Made by a program: the position numbers and the translations under genes. From Candidatus Xenobia bacterium (GTDB taxonomy: Bacteria; Vulcanimicrobiota; Xenobia; Xenobiales; QWHO01), in contig BTUM01000077.1 of NCBI GenBank assembly GCA_045863235.1, positions 1 through 38,427 on the forward strand: 38,427 nucleotides of DNA. The letters are read 5' to 3'. The notes under the pieces were generated by a model. It had not been told where the DNA came from. It worked only from the letters and a program-made list of their open reading frames with translations, and searched no databases. This document shows positions 8,669-17,134 of the stretch, piece after piece. Every line of letters begins with the position of its first letter. The first letter of the stretch is position 1.

Positions 8669-10033
8669 TTGTCCTTGGGGCCTGAGCGCGCGGGAGCCCC
8701 CGCCCTCTTGATGGAGGACCATCGAGAGGCCTACTTTTTCTGGAGGAAGCTGGGCGTTCTCGAGGCGAGCTGCGTCCACGTGGACGCCCACCTGGATACC
8801 TGCGAGTTCCAGTTGCCGGGAACCACCGGAATCCATCGGCCGGATATCAACTGCGGCAACTACCTGCTCCAGGCCATGGCCGAGGGAATCGTCCAGACGC
8901 TGGTCTGGGTCGTGCCCTCCCACCTGCTGCAACCCGACCCGCTGGCCTGGGTGCGCCAGGAAGTGCCGGCCTGGCTGCACCCCAGCCTTTCGGAGTATCT
9001 CTCCTGGCATCAGGTCGGCTCGCGCGTGGAGGGCCAGCTGAGGGGTTGCCGTTTCATCGTCTGCCGGTCGGACCAGCTGCCGGCTCTTGAGGGCCCCGTG
9101 CTCCTGGACATCGATGTCGACTATTTCCTGGGACCTGGTGACGAGGTCTGGCAAAGTCCCCTGGAGCTGGCCGGCCACCTGGGTCGTCTTTCGCCCGTCG
9201 CGCTCACGGTGGCTTACTCCATCGAGGGTGGCTACACCCCTTTGTGGCTGCGCTACCTGGGCGATCTCACCCTGCTCGCCTGGCAGCAGCCGGAGGAGGC
9301 TGCCCGGGCTGCGATCCAGCTGCAAGAGGGAGCGACTGATGCCCCCGGGTGGGTGCGGGCCGCCCGCCTGGTCGCCCGGGCGCGAGACAACTTTGCTGAC
9401 CCGGCCTACCTTCGGGCCGCCGAGAGCGAACCGGGATACCATCTCTCGGCTCTGGATGCAGCATGCTTTCACCTGCAGCGAAAGAAGTTCGATGCCTCGT
9501 TGTCCTGGCTGGTGCGGGCCGGCCTGGAGGATCCGAAGGCGGCCGCCTATCTGCGCGCTTTCGTCCATTTCTCGCAGCAGGATCATTGCGGCGCCTGCGC
9601 TCTCTGGCAGAGCCTCCTGGACGAGTTCAGCGACGACGGGAGCGGTCGACAGGGATCGACCCGACGCCATCTGCTGGAGATGCAGGGCCGCTCCCTGGCC
9701 GCGCTGGGTCGGCCGGAGGACGCGGTTGAGTCCTTCACAGAGGCGGCCCGATTGTCCCCGCGCGAGGTCAACCTGTGGCTCGAGCTGGCCCGCGCCCAGG
9801 TTGCAGCCGGGCAATGCGAGGCGGCGGCTCGAAGCTATCGACGAGGGATCTCTCTGGGGCCGGACCTGATGATCAGCCTGCAGGCTCAACTCGAGCTGGT
9901 GCAGCTCTATTTCCAACTGGGGCAGCCTTCTCTGGCCCAGGCTCAGAAGCAACGCCTCCTGCAGAAGCGGCTCCCGCCGGCTCTCCGCCTGCAGGCCTTC
10001 GGGTTGGGGCTGAGGGCCGCTCGGGCTCGATGA
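8669..10033 (+). CDS. UPF0489 (arginase-fold, peptide-arginase-type) domain fused to TPR repeats
   Basis: Motifs EDHxEA..W, VHVDAHLD, INCGNY and LLDIDVDYF; C-terminal TPRs (GRSLAALGRPEDAVESFTEAARLSP). Start could be ATG 8711. Confidence 0.8.
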   Translation: MSLGPERAGAPALLMEDHREAYFFWRKLGVLEASCVHVDAHLDTCEFQLPGTTGIHRPDINCGNYLLQAMAEGIVQTLVWVVPSHLLQPDPLAWVRQEVPAWLHPSLSEYLSWHQVGSRVEGQLRGCRFIVCRSDQLPALEGPVLLDIDVDYFLGPGDEVWQSPLELAGHLGRLSPVALTVAYSIEGGYTPLWLRYLGDLTLLAWQQPEEAARAAIQLQEGATDAPGWVRAARLVARARDNFADPAYLRAAESEPGYHLSALDAACFHLQRKKFDASLSWLVRAGLEDPKAAAYLRAFVHFSQQDHCGACALWQSLLDEFSDDGSGRQGSTRRHLLEMQGRSLAALGRPEDAVESFTEAARLSPREVNLWLELARAQVAAGQCEAAARSYRRGISLGPDLMISLQAQLELVQLYFQLGQPSLAQAQKQRLLQKRLPPALRLQAFGLGLRAARAR

Positions 10034-10602
10034 TCGTCCGCCGAGCTCAGAGCAGCGACCTGCCCTTCATCTCCCGGCTGACTCTTCAGACCTGCGATCA
10101 GAGCATTCCCGAGGGCAGGGACATTCCCAACGATGTCGTACGAGCCCGGGCCGGTCAGCAGCTCGAGTCCGAGTTGGAGGACATGTTGCGGCGCAAAAGG
10201 GAGGTTGCCGTTCTGGTCGCCACCGAATCAGACGAGCCGGTGGGCTTTCTCATCCTGGAGCTGAACCTGGTCGAGGAGACCACCGGGGAAAGACAAACGC
10301 ACATCTACAACATGGCCGTGAGGTCCGACTTCCTGGGGAAACGGGTCGATCGGGCCCTGGTCAAGGAGGCAGCCCAGATCACGCACCGTCGAGGCTGTCG
10401 ATACATGACCGGGCGCATCACCGCCAGCAATGAAAGGGCTTTGCAGGCTGCTTTGAGACAGGGTTTCGAGATCGAGCGCCATCAGGTCGTGATGGCCTGT
10501 GGGCCCGAGGGCCCTACCCGCATGCCGGGGCGTCCCGAGCACGAGAGAGGGCACCGGAGCAGCCGCTTGCAGAGAAAGAGGAGGGCGCTTGAAACAGACT
10601 GA
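10030..10602 (+). CDS. GNAT-family N-acyltransferase
   Basis: ATGA overlap with the upstream gene; MIVRRAQSSDL, IYNMAVRSDFLGKRV and SNERAL...QGF. Confidence 0.85.
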   Translation: MIVRRAQSSDLPFISRLTLQTCDQSIPEGRDIPNDVVRARAGQQLESELEDMLRRKREVAVLVATESDEPVGFLILELNLVEETTGERQTHIYNMAVRSDFLGKRVDRALVKEAAQITHRRGCRYMTGRITASNERALQAALRQGFEIERHQVVMACGPEGPTRMPGRPEHERGHRSSRLQRKRRALETD

Positions 10603-12271
10603 GCTCGTCTCCGCCTCACCCGAGACCCAGCAGCTCCTGGACCTTTGCGTCGCCATCGTCAAGGGCGAGAGAAACTACCTCAGCGTGCTGCGCGAGCGGG
10701 TCTCGTTCCGCCTGCAGGAGTTGAACCGTGCGGTGGACGATTTCTTCGGCCAGGTCGACCGTCAGGGTGAGGAATACAGCGCCCAGTTTCGCACCGAACT
10801 CGACGAGGTCGCCACGCGCTTTCGCGACTACGAAGCCGTTCTCCAGACGATCCAGGCCTGCGTCGATGCAGGTGGGCCGGCTGAGCCCCTTTTCGCGCAC
10901 GCCTCCGCCCTGGCCGAGGCGTCGCACTTCCTGCGGGTGGCGGTCGGGCGCTACGAGCAGGCCGATCTCTCCGTCGGACCGAGCAAGTTTCCGCTGATCA
11001 ACATCCTCGACAATCTCGGGCGGAGCCTGCGGGAAGGCCGGGCGGCCGAGGTGTGGCAGGCGACCTGCAGCCAGTATCTGCAATACTACGCCAGGATGCT
11101 GGAGGAGATTCAAAAGAGCGAGCAGCGCACGGGGCCAGGGGTGGCCGAGAGAGAGCGAGCCGTGGGTTGGATCGTGGCCCTCTTCGGCCAGCTCGGGCAA
11201 CTCGGCTCGAGCGATCCTGAGCAGAGGTTCTCCGCTCTGCTCGCCGAGCTGACCACGGCTCACCTCGACCTGGAGCAGTCCTTCAATACCTACAACGAGG
11301 CGATCCTGACCCGCGAGCCCACCCGCTCTCCGCAGGTGAACCTGGTTCTCAATACGGTGGCCGGCTTTCAATCCGGCAAGTATACCGTGGACGCGATGAG
11401 ACAGGTGGTGGAGGGGTATCTGGAGATCGTTCGGACCGGCATGCGCGAGCTGCAACCCGCCCTGCATGCTCCCTCCGATTCGGCCCTTCTCAGCGAGAGC
11501 GCGGCTCAGATGCTGGAGGCCATGGAAGGGGTGGAGGATGCGCTCCTGGTCCTGCTCGAGCTGGCCTACAACCCGAACCTGGATCCCCAGCGCGTCCAGG
11601 AGGCCCTGGTCCGGCTCAGAGAGTCGGGGGACAAGGGCGCGGCGGCCGCGGCCGACGTGCGCGATTTCAACGAGACGGCCGGCAAGGTCGCCTGCATCCA
11701 TTGCTCCACCCTCAATCCTCTGGACGCTCGCGTTTGCTCCCTGTGCGCCCGCCCGATGCCGCTGGCCAGGTTCGGCAGCCAGGCCACCATGGAGGTGCGA
11801 GAGGGCGGAGGATCCAGGTCGGACGTGGACTTCACCCAGGAAACGGTGATGACGGACTCGATCAAGACGCTCTTTGATCAGTGCGAGGCCTACGAGAAGG
11901 GGGAGATCGAGGCCCAGATGCTGGTCCAGACGCTGGACGCCCGCGAAGCGCAGATCCGCCGGGCCGAAGAGAAGCTGAGCGCCCTTGCGTCGCCGGAGAT
12001 TCCCGAGGACCTGCCGGCCGAGGACATGGAGGTGAGCGAGCAGTTCGTCCGGCTCGCCGATGACGCCCTGGATCTGCTCCAACTCGGGCTCGGACAGTGC
12101 CAGGAGGGCCTGGACAAGATTCGCCAGGGGATGGAGACGGGCAATTTCGACCTCATGGATGAGGGCCGGGAATTCTACCACGACGGCTGCCAGAAGATGT
12201 GGGAGGTCTGGCGGCTGGATCACGCTCTGGATAACTACCTGGCCGAGGACGAGGGCGGGGCCAGCGGCTGA
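10589..12271 (+). CDS. Helical-repeat protein with zinc ribbon (560 aa)
   Basis: GAGGAGG then TTG at 10589, overlapping the GNAT end; CIHC-x10-CSLC; four similar helical units. Confidence 0.8.
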   Translation: MKQTELVSASPETQQLLDLCVAIVKGERNYLSVLRERVSFRLQELNRAVDDFFGQVDRQGEEYSAQFRTELDEVATRFRDYEAVLQTIQACVDAGGPAEPLFAHASALAEASHFLRVAVGRYEQADLSVGPSKFPLINILDNLGRSLREGRAAEVWQATCSQYLQYYARMLEEIQKSEQRTGPGVAERERAVGWIVALFGQLGQLGSSDPEQRFSALLAELTTAHLDLEQSFNTYNEAILTREPTRSPQVNLVLNTVAGFQSGKYTVDAMRQVVEGYLEIVRTGMRELQPALHAPSDSALLSESAAQMLEAMEGVEDALLVLLELAYNPNLDPQRVQEALVRLRESGDKGAAAAADVRDFNETAGKVACIHCSTLNPLDARVCSLCARPMPLARFGSQATMEVREGGGSRSDVDFTQETVMTDSIKTLFDQCEAYEKGEIEAQMLVQTLDAREAQIRRAEEKLSALASPEIPEDLPAEDMEVSEQFVRLADDALDLLQLGLGQCQEGLDKIRQGMETGNFDLMDEGREFYHDGCQKMWEVWRLDHALDNYLAEDEGGASG

Positions 12272-12275
12272 GAGC

Positions 12276-13547
12276 TCATTCGAGCATCAGATCGTGCTCG
12301 CGGCACAGGGCGATCATGCGGTCCCAGCAACGCTGGGAGTCTTCCTTTCGGGCCTCGTCGTCATAGAGATCGGCCCCCTTCTTGAGGGTTCTCAGCGTCT
12401 CGCGCCACAGCTCCTGGCTGGCCAGCAGGTCGGCCTGGAGCTCACAGAGCTCTCCTGTCACCACGCGCAGGGACTCCAATCGGGCGAAGACCAGCCAGGC
12501 ATCCTTGAATTCGCCTGCGGCCACGTGCGCCCGGAACAGAGCCTCGAGAGTGACACCATCCTTGAGCTGGGAGGAGTCGGAGCGGAGCAGTTGTCTGAGC
12601 GCCTCGACCGCCTCATGGGGCCGGCCTTCGGCCAGCAGCGCGCCCGCCTTCTGGCGGCACTCGTCGGCCGATAGGGGCTCCGGCCGGGGAGGCGGAGGAG
12701 GGGGAGGAGGGGGCGGCGGCGGGGCCGGGAACTCGAGTCGATCCCGGCGGACGCCATCCTGATCGTGCACCTCGCAGGCATCCGGCTGAACCACCAGCCG
12801 GGCGCTCACCCACTCGCCCTGATGCCAGAGACATCCCCCGCACGCCTCGAAACGCTCGGCCAGATACGTCAGGTAGCTTTCCAATTCGTCCCGGCGATAG
12901 GGGAGCCGGACCACCAGGCTGCTCTGTTCCTCGTCGGGCAACACCTCACCCTCGTAAGGCTCGGCCAGAAGTCGATAGTCATTCCAGGCTGTCGCAACGT
13001 CCACCGAAAAGCGGCTCACCACGCCGGCCAGGTCTGTCCGCAGCCACGGAATGCGCGCGGGAGGAACCTCGAGGCGGACGAAGCGGTTTCGAACTGCGCT
13101 CCACGGTTGCAGAAAGCGTTGATACTCCAGCCCTTCCTTCCCCACGATCGCCTCGACCCAGGACAGGGTTTCGGCTTGCCCGCCCATGGGCCAGAGCCTG
13201 CCTGCCAGCACCGCCGTCCCTGCAACGAGCGTGCGCGCGTGCACCAGTTCTCCCACCTCCGGGTCGGGCATTCGCATGGAAAAGTGGTTCTGGGTGGTCA
13301 GGCCGAGCCGGGGCTCTGCACAGCTCGGGCAGGGAAACATCGGTCCGGGCAACCGGCTGAAGAAGAAGGCCTCCGGCGCCAGGATGACCTGACAGGCCGG
13401 GCAGCACACGGGATCGAGCGGCCGAAAGGGTGAGTAGACTGGATTGACCACGGCCCGGCAGTGGCCACAGGCCGCGATGTCGTGGCGGGCGTCGCCCACG
13501 AGCAGGCCGGCCGCGCTGTAGCCACAGGCCAGGCAGGTGGCTTGCAT
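12276..13547 (-). CDS. Protein with N-terminal 4xCxxC zinc-binding region, poly-Pro linker and TPR-like C-terminus
   Basis: CLAC, CGHC, CPAC, CPSC; a long poly-Pro run; helical tail (AGALLAEGRPHEAVEALRQLL). Start ATG 13547 or GTG 13559. Confidence 0.75.
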   Translation of the reverse strand: MQATCLACGYSAAGLLVGDARHDIAACGHCRAVVNPVYSPFRPLDPVCCPACQVILAPEAFFFSRLPGPMFPCPSCAEPRLGLTTQNHFSMRMPDPEVGELVHARTLVAGTAVLAGRLWPMGGQAETLSWVEAIVGKEGLEYQRFLQPWSAVRNRFVRLEVPPARIPWLRTDLAGVVSRFSVDVATAWNDYRLLAEPYEGEVLPDEEQSSLVVRLPYRRDELESYLTYLAERFEACGGCLWHQGEWVSARLVVQPDACEVHDQDGVRRDRLEFPAPPPPPPPPPPPPRPEPLSADECRQKAGALLAEGRPHEAVEALRQLLRSDSSQLKDGVTLEALFRAHVAAGEFKDAWLVFARLESLRVVTGELCELQADLLASQELWRETLRTLKKGADLYDDEARKEDSQRCWDRMIALCREHDLMLE

Positions 13548-13636
13548 GGTGAATCCCACCGGCTGGTGTTCGGCAGGTCACAGGGATTTGCCTCGAAACG
13601 CCCTCGCATGGTCGATTCTCGGCGGTCTGCCCGGGT

Positions 13637-13936
13637 TCAGTTGCCTGGTGGCCGAATTCTTTCCCTCTCCGGAGTGAACCGCTTCACCGACCGCTCTCGT
13701 GCCTTACGCTCTTCCTCTCCCCTGTCCCGCGGCGGGGCCTGCGTGACCATCCGCTCGAGCAACCGCTCCACCGATGCGGCGATCTCCTCCACCGCGAGCT
13801 CGAACGGCTCCTGGTTCAGTTTGGACGGCCGGGTCGTCCCGCTCACCTTGCGCACGAACTGCAGGGCGGCGGCGCGCACCTCCTCGGGTGTGGCCGGGGG
13901 CGCGAAGTTGTGCAGGGGCTTGATATTGCGACACAT
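13637..13936 (-). CDS. DUF2277-family protein
   Basis: Characteristic N-terminus MCRNIKPLHNFAPPATPEEVRAAALQFVRKVSG. Confidence 0.9.
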   Translation of the reverse strand: MCRNIKPLHNFAPPATPEEVRAAALQFVRKVSGTTRPSKLNQEPFELAVEEIAASVERLLERMVTQAPPRDRGEEERKARERSVKRFTPERERIRPPGN

Positions 13937-13989
13937 CCCCGAGGGTTCGATGCAACTTTCTTTCAGCCCCCCCGGTTAATCTCGACGAT

Positions 13990-15417
13990 GTGATCCAGGT
14001 GGCCCGAACCGATCTGACCCGGGCCCTGCGCCGCCTCGAGAAAGGGGGCGCTGAGCTGTTGCGTCCGCTCGGTCGCGACCGGCTCGAGCCGGCCAGCCTG
14101 GCCGATCTCGAGAGCGGCCAGCCCCTCTACCTTCGCATGCCGGGTGAGGCCAGGCCCACCCGGCTGGGGGAGCCGGCCGAGATCGCCACGCTCGACGACT
14201 ACCTCAACGGCCCGCCCACGCCCCTCAAGGAGGCCATCGCCAGCCTGGTGGAGCGAGGCCTGGTGCAGGACGGACCCGACGCTTACAAGACGCTGCTCCA
14301 CAAGGAGGTGCTCTGGGCCACCGATCGCACCCTCAAGGAGCTGAGCCGTTCGGCTTCCACGCCCGACCACGTCCTGGCCATGGACTTCTTCGGAGGCAGC
14401 GGGGTCGACCGCGGACTGGCCCAGGGTGAGCGGGCCCGCAGCCTGAAAGCGACCGCCGAAGCCGGACTGGTCAGCCGCTGGGAAGCTTACGACCAGTATG
14501 CCCGTCCCCGCCCGCGCCTGCCGGTGGGCTCGGGAGCCAGCGTGCCGCGCCTGCTGGTGCCCGAAAGCCACCTGGAGGATCCCGACCAGGTGGTGCAGGC
14601 TGAGAGCGAGTGGCGCAGCGCCTTCTATCGCCATCTGGCTCCGGTGCTTTCCGAGTTGGGGCCTCTGGACAAGTCGGTCTACGTGCCCGACTCGTTCCGC
14701 AGCCTGGACGGACCCTTCCCCCTGGAGACCCGGCTGCAGAGCGCCGCGGTGCTCTTGTCGGCGGTGGCTCCCACCTCCAAGAAGCCCTGGCAGGACGCCT
14801 TCAACCTCTACGCGACCGCGGCCCAGGCCAGCCAGAGCTCGCTCGAGCTCTTGCGCAACTGCGAGCTGCTGGCCGGCTCGGTCAGCCTGGGGATGGCTCC
14901 CAGTTTGGCCCAGAACCCCAGAGGTCCGCACGCTGATGTCAAGGACCGCATCTTCGAGCAGTTGACCGTGGCCACTGGCTCGCCCTCCGTGGCGGCGGGC
15001 GCGGTGGAGACCCTGCGCATCCGGGTGGGCGAGGAGAGCCAGCAAGAGCGGCTCGAGCTCTTCGCCCAGATCGCCAGCCGCTTGAGCCCGGAGCAGCGCC
15101 AGCACGCGCCGGCACTGTATCAGGAGATTCTGGCCAACCGCCTGCCCCAGGAGAGCCTGAGCGTGACGGGCCAGCGCTACCTGCAGGTGCTCTCGGCCTG
15201 CGTTCAGATGGGTCAGCCTCTGCTGGCCGGACCGGTCTTCGAGCACCTGCAGCTGGGGATTTCCGAGGGGCGCATCCAGCCTGACCAGATTCCCGGCTTG
15301 CTGGCGGGCGGGGTGATGTCGGGCCGCTTCGACCGCCTGCCCGGACAGGGCGGGGTGCGCCTCGAGCCCGACTACGCCCTGGTCGGCGGGGTGCGGGTGA
15401 AAGGCCGGCAGGCGTGA
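13990..15417 (+). CDS. Hypothetical protein (475 aa) with C-terminal LVGGVRVKGR motif
   Basis: Long ORF with typical codon bias; GTGA overlap with the next gene. Confidence 0.75.
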   Translation: MIQVARTDLTRALRRLEKGGAELLRPLGRDRLEPASLADLESGQPLYLRMPGEARPTRLGEPAEIATLDDYLNGPPTPLKEAIASLVERGLVQDGPDAYKTLLHKEVLWATDRTLKELSRSASTPDHVLAMDFFGGSGVDRGLAQGERARSLKATAEAGLVSRWEAYDQYARPRPRLPVGSGASVPRLLVPESHLEDPDQVVQAESEWRSAFYRHLAPVLSELGPLDKSVYVPDSFRSLDGPFPLETRLQSAAVLLSAVAPTSKKPWQDAFNLYATAAQASQSSLELLRNCELLAGSVSLGMAPSLAQNPRGPHADVKDRIFEQLTVATGSPSVAAGAVETLRIRVGEESQQERLELFAQIASRLSPEQRQHAPALYQEILANRLPQESLSVTGQRYLQVLSACVQMGQPLLAGPVFEHLQLGISEGRIQPDQIPGLLAGGVMSGRFDRLPGQGGVRLEPDYALVGGVRVKGRQA

Positions 15418-16082
15418 GATCGCTCGGGCCGAACCTCTGGGTGCTGGATCAACCCTTCAAAGCGGGGTTCTTGCACCTGGGAACGCGCACCACCATCGTC
15501 AAGCAGTCCGACGGCAGTCTCTGGATCCACTCTCCAGGGCCCCACGTGCGTCCCCTGCGGGAGAAGGTCGAGGCCCTGGGACCGGTGGGAGCCCTGGTGG
15601 CTCCAAACACCATGCACCACCTCTTCCTGGGCGAGGCCATGGAGCTTTTTCCGCAAGCCCGCGCGCTGGCTTCTCCCGGGGTGGATCGCAAGAACCCGCA
15701 CCTCAACCTGGAGAACCTGTCCGGCCAGAAGTGGGATGACCTGGAGCAGCTGCTGGTGCAGGGGATGCACACTCTGCGTGAGTTCGTGTTCTTCCACCCG
15801 GCCAGCGGCACGTTGATTTTGACCGACCTGGCCTTCAACATGACGGTCAGCGAGCATTTCCTGACCCGGGTGGCCATGCAGCTGAACGCGGCCTACGGGC
15901 GGTTCGGGCCCAGCCGGCTGTTCGGGATGCTGGTGTCGGATCGGGCCCAGCTCAAGAGGTCGCTCGAGCAGATCATGGAGTGGCCCTTCCGGCGCGTCAT
16001 CCTGGCTCACGGCCAGGTGGTGGAAGAGGATGCCGCGGCCGTGTTTCGCGAGGGGTTCGAGCGCAAGGGCTGGCTGCGCTGA
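15414..16082 (+). CDS. DUF4336-family protein (metallo-beta-lactamase-like fold)
   Basis: GTRTTIV...LWIHSP, LVAPNTMHHLF, EFVFFHPASGTLILTDL and W.F.RVILAHG. Confidence 0.85.
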   Translation: MRSLGPNLWVLDQPFKAGFLHLGTRTTIVKQSDGSLWIHSPGPHVRPLREKVEALGPVGALVAPNTMHHLFLGEAMELFPQARALASPGVDRKNPHLNLENLSGQKWDDLEQLLVQGMHTLREFVFFHPASGTLILTDLAFNMTVSEHFLTRVAMQLNAAYGRFGPSRLFGMLVSDRAQLKRSLEQIMEWPFRRVILAHGQVVEEDAAAVFREGFERKGWLR

Positions 16083-17068
16083 CCCATCTTGGAGGTGCGC
16101 AACATCAGGCTGCGCCCCTCCACACGCTCCACCTCGCGCCATCCGAATCGCTCGTAGAGCGCCATCGCATCGCGCGTGTCCAGGAAGATGCGCTCCTGAT
16201 CCACCAGCTCGAGCAGCCGGGCGATGAGCTCGGTGCCCAGCCCGCGACCCCGGTGCGATGGGGCCACCACCACATCGTAGAGCCAGGCCGTGCCCGGGTG
16301 CACCAGGTTCACCCGGGCATAGGCCAGCAGGCGCCCTTCCTGGTAGCGGGCCAGGTTGACCAGCGCCTGCTCCAGGTTCGAGGCCACCAGCGCGGGACTG
16401 CGCTTGTGAGCCCAGTAGGTCGAGCGTAGCAGCTCCCACACTTCCTCAGGCGCGATCCGGGCCGGGTCGCTCACCCAACCGTCGTTCACCACGGACAGGT
16501 CGGGGTTGGCCCGCAGCATGGCCCGAGCCACCTCCACGTCGCCGCGCCCGACCAGCCCTTCGTAGACCCGCTGGCGGGCCTGGGGGCGCAGGTGCTGGCC
16601 CAGCTTCACCTTGCAGCTGGCCTCCTGCAGGCCCAGGCGCAAGACGGTCAGGGCTTTCAGAGGGCCGGCGTAGCGGGGGTCAGAGAAGGGCGCGTAGCCT
16701 CCTTCCGGCTGGTACTTCTGCATGAAGGCCTCCAGGACGCGGGCCTTCTCGCTCAGCGACTCTACCCGCTCCAGCTCCCCTCGGGCCACGGCCGAGCGGT
16801 AGTAGGTGGTGGCCGGGCAGGCCAGCTCGGGGTCGCGCCAGTAGCTCGGTAGCCAGCTCGCCAGGGACAGGCACGAGAAGACGGCCCGCTCTCCGGCACG
16901 GGCGGCCAGCGAGCCCGGGCCGGCGGTGTGGAAGAACAGCTCCTCACCCCGCAGCACGAAGTTCATGGGGCGAAGCTCCAACCCTTCCGTGCCCAGAAAG
17001 CCGTAGCGGCTTTCTTGCAGCACCTCGAGCAGGAGCGAGTTGTCGGTGAATTCCTTGCGTCGAATCAT
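16007..17068 (-). CDS. Pyridoxamine-5'-phosphate-oxidase-like (NimA-type flavin-binding) domain fused to a GNAT domain
   Basis: N-terminal PMNFV...FFHT, LPSYW...ACPATTYYRS and KYQPEGGY; C-terminal STYWA, LYDVVVAPSHRGRGLG and TRDAMALYERFGW. Confidence 0.85.
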   Translation of the reverse strand: MIRRKEFTDNSLLLEVLQESRYGFLGTEGLELRPMNFVLRGEELFFHTAGPGSLAARAGERAVFSCLSLASWLPSYWRDPELACPATTYYRSAVARGELERVESLSEKARVLEAFMQKYQPEGGYAPFSDPRYAGPLKALTVLRLGLQEASCKVKLGQHLRPQARQRVYEGLVGRGDVEVARAMLRANPDLSVVNDGWVSDPARIAPEEVWELLRSTYWAHKRSPALVASNLEQALVNLARYQEGRLLAYARVNLVHPGTAWLYDVVVAPSHRGRGLGTELIARLLELVDQERIFLDTRDAMALYERFGWREVERVEGRSLMLRTSKMGQRSQPLRSNPSRNTAAASSSTTWP

Positions 17069-17134
17069 GGTCTGAGCCTAGTTCACTACTGGTCGAGGAG
17101 AAAGGACCAGTTTCGAGAAAGTGTATCGACCAGT
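17068..17134. promoter_or_regulatory. Probable MocR-family operator in the divergent promoter
   Basis: ACTGGTC (17088-94)-N10-GACCAGT (17105-11), a second GACCAGT (17128-34) and TGGTC (17068-72). Confidence 0.6.

Noticed and set aside
16007..16082. 76-nt convergent overlap between DUF4336 and the GNAT fusion (similarly 41 nt at 22617-22657)
   Set aside because: Non-conserved tails from stop-codon scarcity in high-GC DNA; no evidence of function.
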